A DNA stretch of 64,000 bases from contig JBAQHW010000144.1 of assembly GCA_049288525.1 (NCBI GenBank), positions 776-64,775 of the forward strand, in the 5' to 3' direction. The position numbers were made by a program, and so were the translations under genes. This document shows, in pieces, positions 30,467 to 38,829 of this stretch (its first letter is position 1; the number at the start of each line of letters is the position of its first letter). Under the pieces are notes generated by a model. It did no database searches. It was not told where the DNA came from and was given only the letters and a program-made list of their open reading frames with translations. This DNA comes from Xanthobacteraceae bacterium. Its GTDB lineage: Bacteria > Pseudomonadota > Alphaproteobacteria > Rhizobiales > Xanthobacteraceae.

Positions 30467-31147
30467 ATGCCGGTCGCGCAGTTCGATCCCCTCGCCGCCT
30501 CACTGTTCAGCTTCCTGGCGATTGCTAGCCTGCTGCTGGCCTTCGTCATGCTCGGCTCACGCTGGCTCAATAATTACCTCTACGCCTTTGCCGCGGAGTC
30601 GTGGATCATCGCAATGCTTTCCGCCATGATCGGATATTACGGCGGCTTCCCGGAGCTCTATCTGATCGCCGTGCTGACGGCTTTGTTCCGTGGTCTGCTG
30701 CTGCCGTATCTAATCTGGCGGATCATCAAACGTCTCGGCGTTGCCCGCGAAATCCATGAAATTCTCGAACCGAGCTCGACGCTGGTCGCCGGCGCTGCCA
30801 GCGTCATCTTTGCGCTGATCGTGTCCTATCACATCGGTCAATCCCTCGGCGTCACCGGCAATGTGGTCGTGCTGGCGCTGACCGTCATGCTGGCGATGAA
30901 GTTGATCGGCTTCCTGATGCTGGCCGCGCGGCATGAGGCGCTGAGCCAGATTCTCGGGCTCCTTGTCCTGGAGAACGGCATCTTTCTCGGCGCCCAGCTT
31001 CTGGTACCCGGCATGCCGACGCTGATCGAGATCGTCATCCTGTTCGATCTGCTGGTCGTCGTCGCCTGCTTCGGCGTTCTCGTCCGCTACCTGCTTGCTC
31101 ATGTCGGCAGCACGAGCAGCCTCGATCTCAACCGGCTGGTAGGCTGA
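30467..31147 (+). CDS. HyfE-like small membrane subunit
   Basis: 226 aa, about 7 TM. Its size and position match HyfE/HycP of Hyf-type operons. ATG 30467 is 2 nt after the upstream stop. Confidence 0.7.
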   Translation: MPVAQFDPLAASLFSFLAIASLLLAFVMLGSRWLNNYLYAFAAESWIIAMLSAMIGYYGGFPELYLIAVLTALFRGLLLPYLIWRIIKRLGVAREIHEILEPSSTLVAGAASVIFALIVSYHIGQSLGVTGNVVVLALTVMLAMKLIGFLMLAARHEALSQILGLLVLENGIFLGAQLLVPGMPTLIEIVILFDLLVVVACFGVLVRYLLAHVGSTSSLDLNRLVG

Positions 31148-31149
31148 CG

Positions 31150-32613
31150 ATGGCGGCCGCACTCCTTCTTATCGCGATGCTGGCGCCGGCAGTGACGGTC
31201 GCACTCTGTCTCGCCGTCCGCGCACCGCGGTTCGTCGAGGCCGCCAATCTGTGCTCCAGCATCGTGGTATTCGCCGCCGCGATCGCGCTCACGGTTTTCA
31301 GCGCGCGCGGACCTTATTTTTACCTCGGCGACTACGTCGTTCTCGACGTCACCGGCGCGTGGGTCATCCTCTGCACGGCCATCGTCTATCTGCTGGCTTC
31401 GATATATTCGATTGGTTACATGCGGCTGGTCGGCGAAGAGGACCGGCTGTGGCTGTTCTACGCGCTGTTTTCCGGCTTCACGTTCACCATCTTGCTGAGC
31501 GCAGTGATGAACAATGCCGGCCTGTATTGGATCGCCATCGAGCTGACGACGCTGGTCAGCACGTTTCTGGTCGGCTTCGAGCGGGCCGCAGAGAGCATCG
31601 AGGCGGCCTGGAAATACATCATTATCATTTCCGCCGGCATCAGTCTGGCGCTGCTCGGCACCATTCTGTTTTATTGGTGCGGCAGTTTCGTGCTTGGGCC
31701 GACCTATCAGATGACATGGGATGTGCTGCGCGCGGCCGCGCCAAAGATGAATCCTGCCTTGGCGGCCCTGTCGTTTCTTCTGATCCTGGTCGGCTACGGC
31801 ACCAAGGTCGGTTTGGCGCCGATGCACACCTGGCTGCCTGATGCCCATAGCGAGAGCCCGGCGCCGATTTCGGCAATGTTGTCCGGTGCGCTGCTCAACA
31901 GCGCCATGCTCGGCATCGCGCGCTATCTGCCGATCGCGGAAGCGGCGCAGAGCGAGCGCATCGCCCGCGCGAGCCTCGTTGCTTTCGGCATCGTCTCGCT
32001 CCTTGTCGGCGCGCTGTTCATCGTCCGGCAGAGCGGCATCAAGCGGCTGATGGCCTATTCCAGCGTCGAGCATATGGGCGTCGTGGCGCTCGGCTTCGGT
32101 TTCGGCGGACCGCTCGGCATCGCCGGCGCGCTCTACCACATGCTCAATCACTCGCTGAACAAATCGCTGATGTTCTTCGGCGCCGGCAACGTGATGCGCA
32201 GCTATGGATCGAAGGAGATTCGTGACATTCGCGACGTCTGGCGACGCTTTCCGGTCGCCGGCGCATTATGGCTTGCCGGCGCGGTCGGCATTACCGGCGC
32301 GCCGCCGTTTGCGTTGTTTCTCAGCGAACTCGTTATCCTGCGGGCCGGCTTCGAACGCGGCTACGCTTGGGCGGTGTATGCGATGGCCGTGCTGCTGATC
32401 GTGATTTTCATCGGCTTCCTCAATCACTTTCGCAATATGTATTTCGAAGCCGATGGAGCGGCCGATGCTGCGCCGCTGGCAATCAGCCGCTGGTGCGTCG
32501 CGCCGATGTGGCTCGCACTCGGGCCGCTTCTCGTCTTCGGCCTGTGGTGGCCGGACGCGCTGTGGGATCACTTTATGACCGCAGCGCGCACGCTGACGGG
32601 GGCCTCGCCGTGA
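31150..32613 (+). CDS. HyfF / NuoM-NuoN-like antiporter-type membrane subunit
   Basis: 487 aa with proton-conducting membrane transporter motifs (GLAPMHTWLPDAHSESPAPISAMLSG; YSSVEHMG). Confidence 0.85.
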   Translation: MAAALLLIAMLAPAVTVALCLAVRAPRFVEAANLCSSIVVFAAAIALTVFSARGPYFYLGDYVVLDVTGAWVILCTAIVYLLASIYSIGYMRLVGEEDRLWLFYALFSGFTFTILLSAVMNNAGLYWIAIELTTLVSTFLVGFERAAESIEAAWKYIIIISAGISLALLGTILFYWCGSFVLGPTYQMTWDVLRAAAPKMNPALAALSFLLILVGYGTKVGLAPMHTWLPDAHSESPAPISAMLSGALLNSAMLGIARYLPIAEAAQSERIARASLVAFGIVSLLVGALFIVRQSGIKRLMAYSSVEHMGVVALGFGFGGPLGIAGALYHMLNHSLNKSLMFFGAGNVMRSYGSKEIRDIRDVWRRFPVAGALWLAGAVGITGAPPFALFLSELVILRAGFERGYAWAVYAMAVLLIVIFIGFLNHFRNMYFEADGAADAAPLAISRWCVAPMWLALGPLLVFGLWWPDALWDHFMTAARTLTGASP

Positions 32614-34100
32614 ACGCCTTGCAGCCCCTCGCGCTGCGGCCGGGCGAACTGAAGGACGCCGCAACGCGCCTTCTTGCCTCCGGCGGCCGCATGCAAATGG
32701 CCTATGCCTGGTATCCGGAGCCGGATCGTATCGAGCTTCGCTATACCGCAAGCCCGGCCGATAACGCGCCATTTGCAATCTGGCGCTGCCAAGCCGACGA
32801 GCCGGTGCCGAGCCTTGCCGGGATTTCCCCTCTCTTGAGTTGGTACGAACGCGAAGTGACCGATCTGTTCGGCCTGCACTTCACCGATCACCCGCAACCT
32901 TTGCCGCTGGTTCTGCATGAAGGGGTGGACCGGAGCGTCCCGCCTTTCGCCCCGGATTATCCACCGGATCGGGCGCTTAAGCTGCAGACGACGCGGCGCT
33001 CGGTGCCCGAGCTTGCCGGCGCCGATGGGGACGTGCAGCTTTTGCCGTTCGGTCCGGTCCGCGCCGACGTCATGGAGTCCGGCGAGTTTCTGTTCTTTTA
33101 TGTCGGTGAAGCGATCCTGCATTATCAACCGCGGCTGTTCTTCAAGCATCGCGGCATGGAGAAGCGCTTCGAGGGCTTATTGCCCGAACGCGGCGTCGTG
33201 CTAGCCGAACGTGTGTCGGGCGTCGGCAGCGTCGCCCACGCGCTCGCTTACTGCCAAGCCATGGAAGCGGCCGCCGGTTGCGACGTTCCCGAGCGCGCCC
33301 GCGTGCTGCGGCTCGTCCTCGCCGAGATCGAGCGGCTTTATAACCATCTGCATTATTTCGGCCATCTCTGCAGCACGACGACGCTCAAAGTCGGCGAAGC
33401 GGAAGGCAAACTGCTCGAAGAGCAAGCCAAGCAGCTTAATACGCGGCTTACCGGCAGCCGCTTTCTGCGAAGTCTGCTTGCCATCGGCGGACTGCGGCGC
33501 GACCTTGCGCCAGAGGATTGGCTTGACGAGGCGCTCGACGGCTTGCATGCGCACTTTGCCCGCTATGCGCGGCACATGGAGAACACGGCAAGCCATCTCG
33601 ATCGCCTGATCACGACCGGACTGCTCGATCGCCGTCTGGCGTTCGATCAGGGCGCGACCGGGCCGGTCGAGCGCGCTTCGGGCGTCGACCGCGATTTGCG
33701 GCGCGATCATCCTTATGCGGCCTATGCCGCTTTGCCGCCAAAGATCGCGGTGCGCGAAGCCGGCGACGCCCATGCCCGCGCGCAAGTGCGCATGGCGGAA
33801 GTCGAAGCCAGTATCGCGCTCATCAGGCGCGCACTGCAAGCGCTGCCCGATGGGCCGATCCGCGGCAAATGCACGATCACGCCGAATAGCGAAGGCCTCG
33901 GCTGGGCGGAATCGCCGCGGGGCACCTTGTTCTATGCGGTGCATATCGGCGGCGACGGTAAGCTCGCCCGCGTCAAGATCAAATCGCCGTCGTTTTCCAA
34001 TTGGCGGGTGTTTCCATTCACCGTGCATGACAGCAACATGATGGATTACGCGATCAACGAGGCCAGTTTCGGCCTCACCATCGCGGGATGCGATCGTTAG
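32610..34100 (+). CDS. NuoC+NuoD / HycE-like large subunit lacking the NiFe cysteine ligands
   Basis: The GTG 32610 start overlaps the upstream stop (GTGA). N-terminal NuoC-like domain (LSWYEREVTDLFGL). The NuoD/HycE-like domain (FGPVRADVMESGEF...HRGMEKRFE) reads ERVSGVGSVAH where hydrogenases have RxCGxCxxxH. Its C-terminus is GLTIAGCDR where hydrogenases have DPCxxCxxR. Confidence 0.85.
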   Translation: MNALQPLALRPGELKDAATRLLASGGRMQMAYAWYPEPDRIELRYTASPADNAPFAIWRCQADEPVPSLAGISPLLSWYEREVTDLFGLHFTDHPQPLPLVLHEGVDRSVPPFAPDYPPDRALKLQTTRRSVPELAGADGDVQLLPFGPVRADVMESGEFLFFYVGEAILHYQPRLFFKHRGMEKRFEGLLPERGVVLAERVSGVGSVAHALAYCQAMEAAAGCDVPERARVLRLVLAEIERLYNHLHYFGHLCSTTTLKVGEAEGKLLEEQAKQLNTRLTGSRFLRSLLAIGGLRRDLAPEDWLDEALDGLHAHFARYARHMENTASHLDRLITTGLLDRRLAFDQGATGPVERASGVDRDLRRDHPYAAYAALPPKIAVREAGDAHARAQVRMAEVEASIALIRRALQALPDGPIRGKCTITPNSEGLGWAESPRGTLFYAVHIGGDGKLARVKIKSPSFSNWRVFPFTVHDSNMMDYAINEASFGLTIAGCDR

Positions 34101-34109
34101 GAGCCGCGC

Positions 34110-34913
34110 ATGCCGCAATGGACATTGATCGGCCTCCTCACCGGCAAGCAGACGGCGCCTTGGCCGTTCGCCGAAGGCGACGACGGCCAGCACGGCTTTC
34201 TCGGCATGCCGCGCTACAAGCCGGAACTGTGCAGCGATGAATGCCGCGCCTGCGCCGACATTTGCCCGACCAAGGCGATCGCGCTCAAGGCGAGCGTAAA
34301 CGGCGGCGGCAAGCTCGACGTCGATTATGGCCGCTGCGTCGTCTGCCAGCTTTGCACCGAAGCCTGTCCGACTGGCGCAATGAGCCCTTCGGCGGATTGG
34401 GCTTTTGGCGTGCGCGCACGCTCCGATCTCGTCTGGAGCGAAAACGTGAATCCTGCACCCGTCGCAGCCGCCGCGGCGCGGCGGCCGTTCCGGCGCAGCC
34501 TGCATGTCCGCCATGTCGATGCCGGCTCCTGCAACGGTTGCGAATCCGAGCTGCAGGCGCTGAACAATCCGTTTTACAATCTGCATCGCCTCGGCATTTT
34601 CTTCACCGCCTCGCCGCGTTTCGCCGATTTGTTGCTGGTGACTGGACCAGTAACCAACGCGATGGCGGAGCCGCTGCTCGCCACTTACGAAGCAATGGCG
34701 GAACCGCGCTGGGTGGTTGCGGTCGGCACCTGCGCGGTCTCCGGCGGCATCGCCGAAGGCGGTTATGCATCGGGTTATGGCCTCGACGGCGTTCTCCCCG
34801 TCGATGTCTATCTGCCCGGCTGTCCGCCCAATCCGGCGGCAATCATAGAAGCGCTGCTGATGTTTCTCGATCGCGCACCGCAGCGCGTCAAAGGAGGCCG
34901 CCTTGGCGAATGA
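34110..34913 (+). CDS. Fused 2x[4Fe-4S] ferredoxin (HycF/NuoI-like) plus NuoB/HycG-like small subunit
   Basis: The N-terminal part has CSDECRACADICP and CVVCQLCTEACP. The C-terminal part has NuoB motifs (GSCNGCE, LLLVTGPVT, VAVGTCAVSGG, LPGCPPNP). Confidence 0.85.
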   Translation: MPQWTLIGLLTGKQTAPWPFAEGDDGQHGFLGMPRYKPELCSDECRACADICPTKAIALKASVNGGGKLDVDYGRCVVCQLCTEACPTGAMSPSADWAFGVRARSDLVWSENVNPAPVAAAAARRPFRRSLHVRHVDAGSCNGCESELQALNNPFYNLHRLGIFFTASPRFADLLLVTGPVTNAMAEPLLATYEAMAEPRWVVAVGTCAVSGGIAEGGYASGYGLDGVLPVDVYLPGCPPNPAAIIEALLMFLDRAPQRVKGGRLGE

Positions 34914-36888
34914 CCTCCTGACCACCGCGGTGATCGCCTGGCTTGCTGCGGCGCTGATTGCGCTCAGCGGACGCTGTCTTGTGCTGTCTCGCGGGCTTTT
35001 GTTTGTTGGCGCGCTCGTGGCGATTGTTGCAGCGATTCTTGCGTTGCCCGATGGGACGGCCGCGGTCGCGCTACCGACGCGGATCGCCGGCAGCGCCGTT
35101 GCCTTCCGCATCGCGCCGGAAGCGGCTTGGCTCTTCGGCTTCGGTCTCGTTCCAGCGGCGCTCGCGGCCGCGCTGTCGTCGCCTGTGCGGCAGGGGCAAG
35201 CCGGCTGGCTGTTCGGCGCCGCCATGAGCCTTCTCGGCGCGCTCGGCGTATTCGGCGTCAGCGATGGCGCCGGCTTTCTCATCGCCTGGGAAATCATGAG
35301 CTTCGGCGGCGCGATCATGATTTTGAGCGAAAAATTGTCGCCCGCCGGCGAACCGGTCCTGTTCATGCTCGGCCTGCTCGAAGCCGGCGCGATCGCTCTT
35401 TTGCTTGCTGTCGTGGTCCTTGCCGCCGCCGGGCATTCCTTCGCTTTCGCAAACTTTGCCGGCGCGTCTGCACATTTGGCGGCCCCGATTGCATCGTTCG
35501 TCGCCGTGCTGCTGGTGATCGGCTTCGGCGCCAAGCTTGGTCTTTTGCCGTTCTACGAATGGTTTCCGTCGGCTTATGGCGCCGGCAGCGGCGCGTCGGG
35601 CGCGCTGCTTTCGGGCGTCGTTCTCAATGCCGCATTCTATGGCTTGAGCCGCGGGCTGCTTGATTGGGCGCCCGACCAGCACGCGGCCGCGACATCGGCC
35701 ATCGGGATTTTTGTCGTGACTGTCGCGGTGCTGAGCGCGATTCTCACTGCGCTTTATGCTTTCCAGCAGGAGGATTGGCGGTCGCTCCTGAGCTTTTCCT
35801 CGGCGGAAAACGCCGGCATCGCCGTTGCAATGCTCGGTGCCGCCTTGATCTTCCGCGGTCACGCGATGCCCGAACTCGCAAGCCTCGCCTGGACGGTGGC
35901 GCTGCTGCACCTCGCGGCGCATGCGCTGGCGAAGGGCGGCTTGTTTCTCACCGCCGACGCAGTCTATCGCGCGACCGGCAGCTACAGCATCCTGCATACC
36001 GATCTGTTGCGCCGCAGCTCCTGGCTGTTCGGGCTCGGTGCGCTGTTTGCCGCGATGAGCCTTGCCGCCATGCCGCCGCAAGCCGGCTTCGTCAGCGAGT
36101 GGTACATGTTCGAAACCGTATTCCAGGGTTTCCGCCTCGATTCGCTGACGAGCCGTCTGGTCATGGCGCTTGCCGGCGCCGGCCTTGCTCTGACTGTCGC
36201 CATTGGCTTTGCGACTTACGTCAAGGTCTTCGGCATCGGGCTCCTCGGCCGCACCGCGCAAAAATTCCCGCCGGCGCGCCCCGACTATGGCTTAGCGATC
36301 GGCCTGCTTGGCCTCGGCGTCCTCGCCCTTGCCGTCGGCATGCCGTGGTGGCTCGACGCGCTGCGGAACGCGGTGTCGGCACAGTTCGGTACGCAGGCCA
36401 TAAGCGCCATGCGCGACGGACCGATCCTGGTTCCGCTGACCGCGAAATTCGCCTTCATCTCACCGACGCTTCTGGTCGTGGTCATGCCGCTGTTGGCGAT
36501 CCTGCCGATCGCGCTGGTCCTCGCCAACCGACGCTTTGCCGTACGTCGCGTGCCGGTCTGGTACGGCGGCTTTGATCAGGATCCGGCGCGCGCTTCAACC
36601 ACGGCGCTCACCTTCTCCAACGCGCTGCGCACCTTCTACAGCTTCATCTACCGGCCGACCCTGGAAACCACGCGGGATTCCGGCGCAGCCCCGCATTATT
36701 TCGTCAAGCGGCTCGTGTTCTCGCACGATGTGGCACCGGTGTTCGGACCCTATCTGTTCGCGCCGCTGACGCGCGCGACCTATGCGCTGGCCGACCGCTT
36801 CAAGGCGCTGCAATCGGGCAACCTGAACTTGTACCTGGCCCTGATAGGCCTGATGCTGGTCGCCATCCTCGCTCTGACCTTGTATTGA
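34903..36888 (+). CDS. HyfB / NuoL-like antiporter-type membrane subunit
   Basis: 661 aa polytopic protein of HyfB size. TTG start at 34903 with AAGGAGG 5 nt upstream. It overlaps the upstream gene by 11 nt. Confidence 0.8.
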   Translation: MANDLLTTAVIAWLAAALIALSGRCLVLSRGLLFVGALVAIVAAILALPDGTAAVALPTRIAGSAVAFRIAPEAAWLFGFGLVPAALAAALSSPVRQGQAGWLFGAAMSLLGALGVFGVSDGAGFLIAWEIMSFGGAIMILSEKLSPAGEPVLFMLGLLEAGAIALLLAVVVLAAAGHSFAFANFAGASAHLAAPIASFVAVLLVIGFGAKLGLLPFYEWFPSAYGAGSGASGALLSGVVLNAAFYGLSRGLLDWAPDQHAAATSAIGIFVVTVAVLSAILTALYAFQQEDWRSLLSFSSAENAGIAVAMLGAALIFRGHAMPELASLAWTVALLHLAAHALAKGGLFLTADAVYRATGSYSILHTDLLRRSSWLFGLGALFAAMSLAAMPPQAGFVSEWYMFETVFQGFRLDSLTSRLVMALAGAGLALTVAIGFATYVKVFGIGLLGRTAQKFPPARPDYGLAIGLLGLGVLALAVGMPWWLDALRNAVSAQFGTQAISAMRDGPILVPLTAKFAFISPTLLVVVMPLLAILPIALVLANRRFAVRRVPVWYGGFDQDPARASTTALTFSNALRTFYSFIYRPTLETTRDSGAAPHYFVKRLVFSHDVAPVFGPYLFAPLTRATYALADRFKALQSGNLNLYLALIGLMLVAILALTLY

Positions 36889-37028
36889 ACTTGCGCGACC
36901 GGAATGCTGATATAGCTCTGTTGTCAATCAAAATAATCGGCGCGGCGAGAGGCTATCGGCGTTCGTCGCGGAGGGAGAAACGCCCATAAAGATGCAAAAA
37001 GTTAGCAACGGCGGAGATCAAATTATCC

Positions 37029-37427
37029 ATGGGAATGTATCTTTTGGTCGGGCTCGGCGGCGCTATCGGCTCGATTGGACGCTATTTCATGTCCGGAGTG
37101 ATGGCGCGGCTGATCGGCGAAACGTTCCCGTGGGGTACGCTCTTCGTCAATGTCACCGGCTCGTTCATTATTGGATTTTTCGCGGCACTGACCGGACCGG
37201 ACGGGCGCTTCTATGTCGGTTCGAGCGGACGCCAATTCGTCATGACCGGCATATGCGGCGGCTATACGACGTTTTCCTCGTTCAGCCTGCAAACGCTCAA
37301 TCTCATGAATGATGGAGAGTGGTTTCGAGCCGGCGCGAATATGGGCATCTCTCTGGCACTCTGCCTGCTCGCGGTCTGGGCTGGATTCATCGCAGCGAAT
37401 ATGATCAACACCATCAAATGGACGTGA
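37029..37427 (+). CDS. crcB: Fluoride channel CrcB/FluC
   Basis: 132 aa, 4 TM, with the family motifs GGAIGSIGRY and CGGYTTFSSF. Confidence 0.9.
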   Translation: MGMYLLVGLGGAIGSIGRYFMSGVMARLIGETFPWGTLFVNVTGSFIIGFFAALTGPDGRFYVGSSGRQFVMTGICGGYTTFSSFSLQTLNLMNDGEWFRAGANMGISLALCLLAVWAGFIAANMINTIKWT

Positions 37428-37429
37428 GC

Positions 37430-37768
37430 ATGCAGTTGCCGCGCGACGCCGTCTTGCTGCGGATATTTTTTGGCGAAGACGACAAATTCGAGCGTCTGCC
37501 GCTGCACGAGGCTATCGTGTTGAAGGCGCGCGAAATGCACCTTGCCGGAGCGACGGTGTTGCGCGGCCACGTTGGCTACGGCCATTCCAGCCGCATCCAC
37601 ACCACGAAAATCCTGCGCCTTTCCCAAGACCTGCCCGTGGTCGTCGAGATTGTCGATAGCCAGGACAAGATCGACGCCTTCCTGCCTGTGCTCGACGGCA
37701 TGATGACGAGCGGGCTGGTCACCATCGAAAGGGTTCAGGTGCTTCAATACGGCACCACAAAGCCGTAA
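37430..37768 (+). CDS. DUF190 (PII-like) protein commonly linked to crcB
   Basis: LLRIFFGEDDKFERLPLHEAIVLKAREMHLAGATVLRGHVGYG is the DUF190 pattern. The ATG is 2 nt after the crcB stop. Confidence 0.75.
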   Translation: MQLPRDAVLLRIFFGEDDKFERLPLHEAIVLKAREMHLAGATVLRGHVGYGHSSRIHTTKILRLSQDLPVVVEIVDSQDKIDAFLPVLDGMMTSGLVTIERVQVLQYGTTKP

Positions 37769-37821
37769 ATTGCAGCCGCGGTTCCGCGCCGCCGGCAAGC
37801 TGCACAAGGGGAGACGCTGCA

Positions 37822-38631
37822 ATGGACCTGGGGATGACCGGCAAAACGGCGCTCGTCACCGGCGCAAGCGAGGGCATCGGCGAGGCGATCGCGCGCGCCT
37901 TTGCCCGCGAAGGCGTCGACGTCGCGATCTGCGCCCGCCGCAAAGGTCCGCTGGAAGAAACTGCCGCCGAGATCGCCAAGGAGTCCGGCCGCAAGATCGT
38001 CGCCATCCCGGCCGATCTCACCAAGCCCGAGGACGCGGAGAGTCTCGTCCGGCAGGCGCATGCCGCTTTGGGCCGGATCGATATCCTGGTCAACAATGCC
38101 GGCTCGTCGCCGGGCGGCGTGCTCGATCACTTGAGCGAGGCGGATTGGGCGCAGTCATTGCAGCTCAAGTTCATGGGTTATGTGCGCTGCATGAAGCACG
38201 TGCTGCCGATCATGCAGAAGCAGAAAAAGGGCCGCGTGGTCAACCTGATCGGCAATGACGGCGTCAAGGTCTCCTATTGGGAAATTGCGCCGGGCGCCGC
38301 CAATGCCGCGGGGCAGAACTTGACCAAATCGCTGGCCAGTCAATACGGCAAGGACAATATCAGCTTCGTCGTGGTCAATCCCGGGCCGGTGCGCACCGAA
38401 CGCTGGGCCGGGCTGGTCAAGGCGATGGCGCGCGACATGAAGCTTTCGTACGAGGAGGCCGACAAGCTGGCGCCGGCCTCGATCCCGCTCGGCCGTATCG
38501 CCGAGTGCGAGGAGGTCGCCAATCTCGTCACCTATCTCGCCTCCGACCTCGCCTTCTTCGTCAACGGCACCATGGTCGAGATCGACGGCGGCCAGGACAA
38601 AGTGCTGATGGACCGCATGCGCGACCGCTGA
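37822..38631 (+). CDS. Short-chain dehydrogenase/reductase (SDR)
   Basis: TGASEGIGEAIA cofactor motif, NNAG, and a classical SDR fold length of 269 aa. Confidence 0.88.
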   Translation: MDLGMTGKTALVTGASEGIGEAIARAFAREGVDVAICARRKGPLEETAAEIAKESGRKIVAIPADLTKPEDAESLVRQAHAALGRIDILVNNAGSSPGGVLDHLSEADWAQSLQLKFMGYVRCMKHVLPIMQKQKKGRVVNLIGNDGVKVSYWEIAPGAANAAGQNLTKSLASQYGKDNISFVVVNPGPVRTERWAGLVKAMARDMKLSYEEADKLAPASIPLGRIAECEEVANLVTYLASDLAFFVNGTMVEIDGGQDKVLMDRMRDR

Positions 38632-38740
38632 TCGCCTCCCCTCTCCTCTACGATGTCAAGCAGCGACGCGCTTCGTTCGCCTTCTTCCGTACGCGGAGCG
38701 ACGTAAAGTAAAGCCTAGCGATGTTTGATTCACCCGTCGC

Positions 38741-38829
38741 CGTAGCCCGGATTGAGCGAGCGGAATCCGGGTACGATCGATCAGTCTTTATGCCGCTCCC
38801 GGGTTTCGCTGCGCTCAATCCGGGCTACG
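38741..38829. repeat. REP-like palindromic element (Rhizobiales type, GTAGCCCGGAT...ATCCGGGCTAC)
   Basis: Arms GTAGCCCGGATTGAGCGAGCGGAATCCGGG and CCCGGGTTTCGCTGCGCTCAATCCGGGCTAC form a ~30-bp imperfect stem. They are intergenic. Confidence 0.7.

Noticed and set aside
33201-35534. 777-aa minus-strand ORF, together with similar long antisense ORFs (8480..9655, 12678..13670, 27552..29033, 47448..48890, 58355..60043, 62912..63901, etc.)
   Set aside because: They lie exactly antisense to well-conserved genes. Their translations are Arg/Ala/Gly/Pro-rich low-complexity sequence, typical of stop-codon-poor frames in high-GC DNA, and no recognisable domains appear.
29520-36888. Annotation as a genuine [NiFe] hydrogenase-4 / formate hydrogenlyase (hyf/hyc) operon
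   Set aside because: The large-subunit homolog lacks the N-terminal CxxC pair (it reads SGVG). It also lacks at least one, and apparently both, of the C-terminal ligand Cys in register. No hyp/hycI maturation genes or fdhF are nearby. I kept it as a hydrogenase-related (Ehr-type) complex.
36889-37028. Fluoride (crcB-motif) riboswitch upstream of crcB
   Set aside because: The position is right, but I could not find the conserved core nucleotides or the pseudoknot-forming segments by eye. This needs a covariance-model search before any call.
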